NCBI GenBank assembly: GCA_963708875.1
Contig: CAVPUL010000002.1
Coordinates: 406,598 to 470,597 of the forward strand
DNA length: 64,000 nucleotides
Origin: an uncultured Actinomycetota bacterium
GTDB taxonomy: Bacteria; Actinomycetota; Actinomycetes; Propionibacteriales; Nocardioidaceae
Direction: 5' to 3'
The notes under the pieces are model-generated. The model worked only from the letters and a program-made list of their open reading frames with translations, was not told where the DNA came from and did not search any database. The position numbers and the translations under genes are program-made. Shown piece after piece: positions 61,460 through 64,000 of this stretch (the stretch's first letter is position 1; each line of letters starts with the position of its first letter).

Positions 61460-61782
61460 TCGGCGTGCTCCTGCGGGGGCAGTGCGGAGACGAGCGCGTG
61501 GTCGGCGTCGATGACGCCCATCTTCGCGGCGCCGCCGGGCGAGCCGAGGTCGTCGAAGAAGTGGACGTTGGCGTCGTAGTAGCCCTTCCACTCCTCCGGG
61601 GTGTCGTCCTCGTAGAAGATCGCCTCGACCGGGCAGACCGGCTCACAGGCGCCGCAGTCGACGCACTCGTCGGGGTGGATGTAGAGCATCCGCTTGCCCT
61701 CGTAGATGCAGTCGACGGGGCACTCGTCGACGCATGCGCGGTCCTTGAGGTCGACGCACGGCTGGGCGATGACGTAGGTCAC
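61456..61782 (-). CDS. fdxA: Ferredoxin (7Fe type)
   Basis: [25 protein letters not shown]...[12 protein letters not shown]. Confidence 0.97.
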   Translation of the reverse strand: MTYVIAQPCVDLKDRACVDECPVDCIYEGKRMLYIHPDECVDCGACEPVCPVEAIFYEDDTPEEWKGYYDANVHFFDDLGSPGGAAKMGVIDADHALVSALPPQEHAE

Positions 61783-61847
61783 CAGATCCTCCTGAGGAAC
61801 GGGGAGCACGGATGGGGGAACGTGCGGCTCACTCTAGTATCCGGGGC

Positions 61848-62777
61848 GTGTCCGACGCGTCAGAACCCCAGCCGGTGGGCAAGCACTCGCTCGGCCCCCA
61901 CGTCGTGGGGCTGCGCATCGTGGTGCGCCACCTGCTCCCCGACGGTCGCGCGACCGACGTCCTCGGGGTGTGTACGGCGTGGGGCGGGGACTCGCTCACG
62001 ATCGACCGCGACGGCCCACCGGAACGGGCTGGCTCGGTGACCATCGCGCTGGCCGACGTGGTGACCGGCAAGCCGGTGCCCCCGCGCGCCTCGGTCCGGG
62101 CGCAGGTCGGGGCACGGGAGGTCGAGGAGCACATCGGTGCCTTGTGGTCGTCCGTCACGACCGAGCCGCTCGGCGACTGGGTGCTGCGGGCCTCTCCCCC
62201 GCACGGTGGACGGCTGCGGCGTCGGGGCAACTCGGCGCTCGCGATGGAGCAGCCCGGGATCGGGTGGGCGGACGCGGCCTACGGCGTACGCCGGTTCTAC
62301 GAGGCCCTCGAGCAGGAGCCATGGGTGCAGGTCCAGCTGGGTTCCGATGTCGAGCGTGCCCTCGCTCCGCTGGGCTTCGCCCCGATGGGCGACGGCGACG
62401 CGCACGCCCAGCTCGCGTCCGTGGCGCGCGCCCTGCGCTCCGTCCGCGCGGTGGCGCCTGACGTGCGCGCGTCGCTCGAGGAGTCGCCGCACGACGCCGT
62501 CGTCTCGCTGGAGGACGGAGCGGCCACGGGCCGTGGCGTCCTGTCCGGGGACTGGCTCCTCATCGAGTCGGTGGCCGTCGACCCCGCACACCGCCGTCGG
62601 GGGCTGGCCACGGCCGTCCTCGCCGACCTCCTCGACTGGGGCGCTTCGCTGGGCGCCGGCACGGCCCTGCTCCACGTCGAGACCGTCAACGCGAGCGCGA
62701 TCGCGCTCTACGAGCGGCACGGCTTCGTCACGCACCACACCAACCGCTACCTGACGGCTGCCGGTCTCACGCGCTGA
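61848..62777 (+). CDS. GNAT acetyltransferase with an N-terminal SH3-like domain
   Basis: VAVDPAHRRRGLA and NASAIALYERHGF motifs; TAGTAT -10 seven nt before GTG. Confidence 0.88.
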   Translation: MSDASEPQPVGKHSLGPHVVGLRIVVRHLLPDGRATDVLGVCTAWGGDSLTIDRDGPPERAGSVTIALADVVTGKPVPPRASVRAQVGAREVEEHIGALWSSVTTEPLGDWVLRASPPHGGRLRRRGNSALAMEQPGIGWADAAYGVRRFYEALEQEPWVQVQLGSDVERALAPLGFAPMGDGDAHAQLASVARALRSVRAVAPDVRASLEESPHDAVVSLEDGAATGRGVLSGDWLLIESVAVDPAHRRRGLATAVLADLLDWGASLGAGTALLHVETVNASAIALYERHGFVTHHTNRYLTAAGLTR

Positions 62778-63720
62778 TCCGCAGCTTCTCGGTGAGCACG
62801 AGCAGCCGCTTCCACAGCAGCCTCTGGACCAGCACCACCACGACCCCGGCGCCGACCATGCCGGCCAGGTTGATCGCCAGCTGCTCAGCCGATCCGACCA
62901 GCTCGTCGACGTCCCCCAGGGCCAACGCCAGCGCCAGGTTGCCGGCCGCCGGGACCGTGGTGACGGAGATGAACACCCCGACGAGCGCGTTGCCGCGGTC
63001 GGTGGTCATCGCCAGCACTCCGGCCGCGCCGGCCACGATCGCGACGATGAAGGACCAGGCGTCGGGCCGGTAGATGAAGCTGGTCTGTGGCCGGGGCTCG
63101 GAGAGCATGCTCGCATCGACGAGCGGGGTCGCCGCCGCAAGCAGGGACAGCCCTGCCACGACGACGATCGCCACCGCGAAACCACCGAGCAGGAGCGCGG
63201 TGGCGCGCCACACCACCTCCCACTTGCGCAGCACCAGCCCCACCGAGATCGCAGCCACGGTGCCGAACTCGGGCCCGACGACCATCGCGCCGACGACGAG
63301 GATCGGCGAGTCGGTGATCACGGCGATGGCGGCGAGGACGACCGCGAGCACCATGAAGGTGAAGTAGCTGACCGTGCCGTGGGTCGCTCTCTCCGCGCGC
63401 TCGACGACCTCCGGCCAGATGACGGCGTCCTCCGGATCGCCCGGTGCCGCCCGGCCGATCGCCTCGGCAGCGTCGAAGGGAGCGCTGTCGGGCGCCCACA
63501 CGAGGATGGCGCCGGACGAGGACAGTCCGGTGTCGTGGAGCGAGTCCAGCACCTCGGACGTGAACTCGCGGGCCACGTCGAAATCGATGACGTCGGCCTC
63601 GATGCCGACGCCCGCGTCGCGGATCCGGGTGACATTGGTGATGCAGTCGTGGTCCGTCACCAGCGCGAGCACCTCGTCCACCAGGTCAGGCGGGACGGTG
63701 AGGCGGAGGTGGACGACCAT
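62767..63720 (-). CDS. DUF389 family membrane protein
   Basis: ILVVGAMVVGPEF, GVFISVTTVPAA and LAINLAG motifs. Confidence 0.9.
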   Translation of the reverse strand: MVVHLRLTVPPDLVDEVLALVTDHDCITNVTRIRDAGVGIEADVIDFDVAREFTSEVLDSLHDTGLSSSGAILVWAPDSAPFDAAEAIGRAAPGDPEDAVIWPEVVERAERATHGTVSYFTFMVLAVVLAAIAVITDSPILVVGAMVVGPEFGTVAAISVGLVLRKWEVVWRATALLLGGFAVAIVVVAGLSLLAAATPLVDASMLSEPRPQTSFIYRPDAWSFIVAIVAGAAGVLAMTTDRGNALVGVFISVTTVPAAGNLALALALGDVDELVGSAEQLAINLAGMVGAGVVVVLVQRLLWKRLLVLTEKLRISA

Positions 63721-63759
63721 GGCCGGAGCCTAGGGCGTGTCCCTGTGGCGAAACCCGGT

Positions 63760-63957
63760 TGTGGTGCCAGTCGGTGCTCGCGCACCATGGTCCCCGACGG
63801 GCGCGAGGCCTGACACCCCTCCTGCACACCAGCAGAGCGGCGGCCGTCCGCGCGTCCGGCGTACCGACGAGAGGTCGGTGCAACGCCGACAAAGGTGTGG
63901 TGGCACCGCGACCTTGCCCCCGCCCACACCTCCAGGGCCCCTATCTGGAGGTGTTTC
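63760..63957 (+). ncRNA. Candidate non-Ile translational T-box riboswitch
   Basis: AGGTGTGG-[TGGCACC]-GCG-N10-CGC-CCACACCT antisequestrator, and a competing ACACCTCCAG/CTGGAGGTGT hairpin that buries the SD GGAGG. Confidence 0.8.
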
Positions 63958-64000
63958 ATGAGAACGCTCTGCTCTGACCTGACCACCACGACACCCGGCG
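63958..64000 (+). CDS. 5' end of a gene (MRTLCSDLTTTTPG...), truncated by the window edge; possibly an aminoacyl-tRNA synthetase
   Basis: SD GGAGG (63947-63951) six nt before ATG 63958. Only 14 codons are visible, so product identity is inference. Confidence 0.55.
   Translation, partial: MRTLCSDLTTTTPG

Noticed and set aside
63792-63818. CCCGACGGG...GGCC similarity between the two T-box leaders, read as a stem II/IIA homologue
   Set aside because: The second leader lacks the AGAA/AGUA S-turn and the segment folds better as part of a stem I, so it was not used as evidence.

Overview
High-GC (about 70%) actinobacterial chromosome, most consistent with Nocardioides or a relative (inference from gene content and protein sequences). 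The window is mostly core genome. In order: partial prfB, treXYZ, a Tad/Flp pilus operon (cpaF-tadB-tadC-flp-tadE-tadE-tadG), an ECF sigma/anti-sigma pair, TetR-MFS, an orphan response regulator, NHEJ genes (Ku plus split LigD), a FadR/MatC/CoA-transferase/AccD3-like catabolic cluster, large NAD-glutamate dehydrogenase, pruA, a WS/DGAT homologue, detached cpaB/cpaE-like Tad genes, sigE-rseA-htrA, pepA, and the fdxA-dapC-dapD-dapE region containing ileS with its T-box. I found no rRNA, tRNA, CRISPR array, integrase or transposase. The most notable observation is a second T-box-like leader at the right edge (about 63760-63957). It has a UGGC bulge rather than the Ile-type UGGU, and a complete antisequestrator/SD-sequestrator switch, which suggests a translational T-box that senses a tRNA other than Ile. 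Five single-base insertions break four otherwise intact genes and look like assembly errors. All calls come from reading the sequence by eye; no database searches were run.
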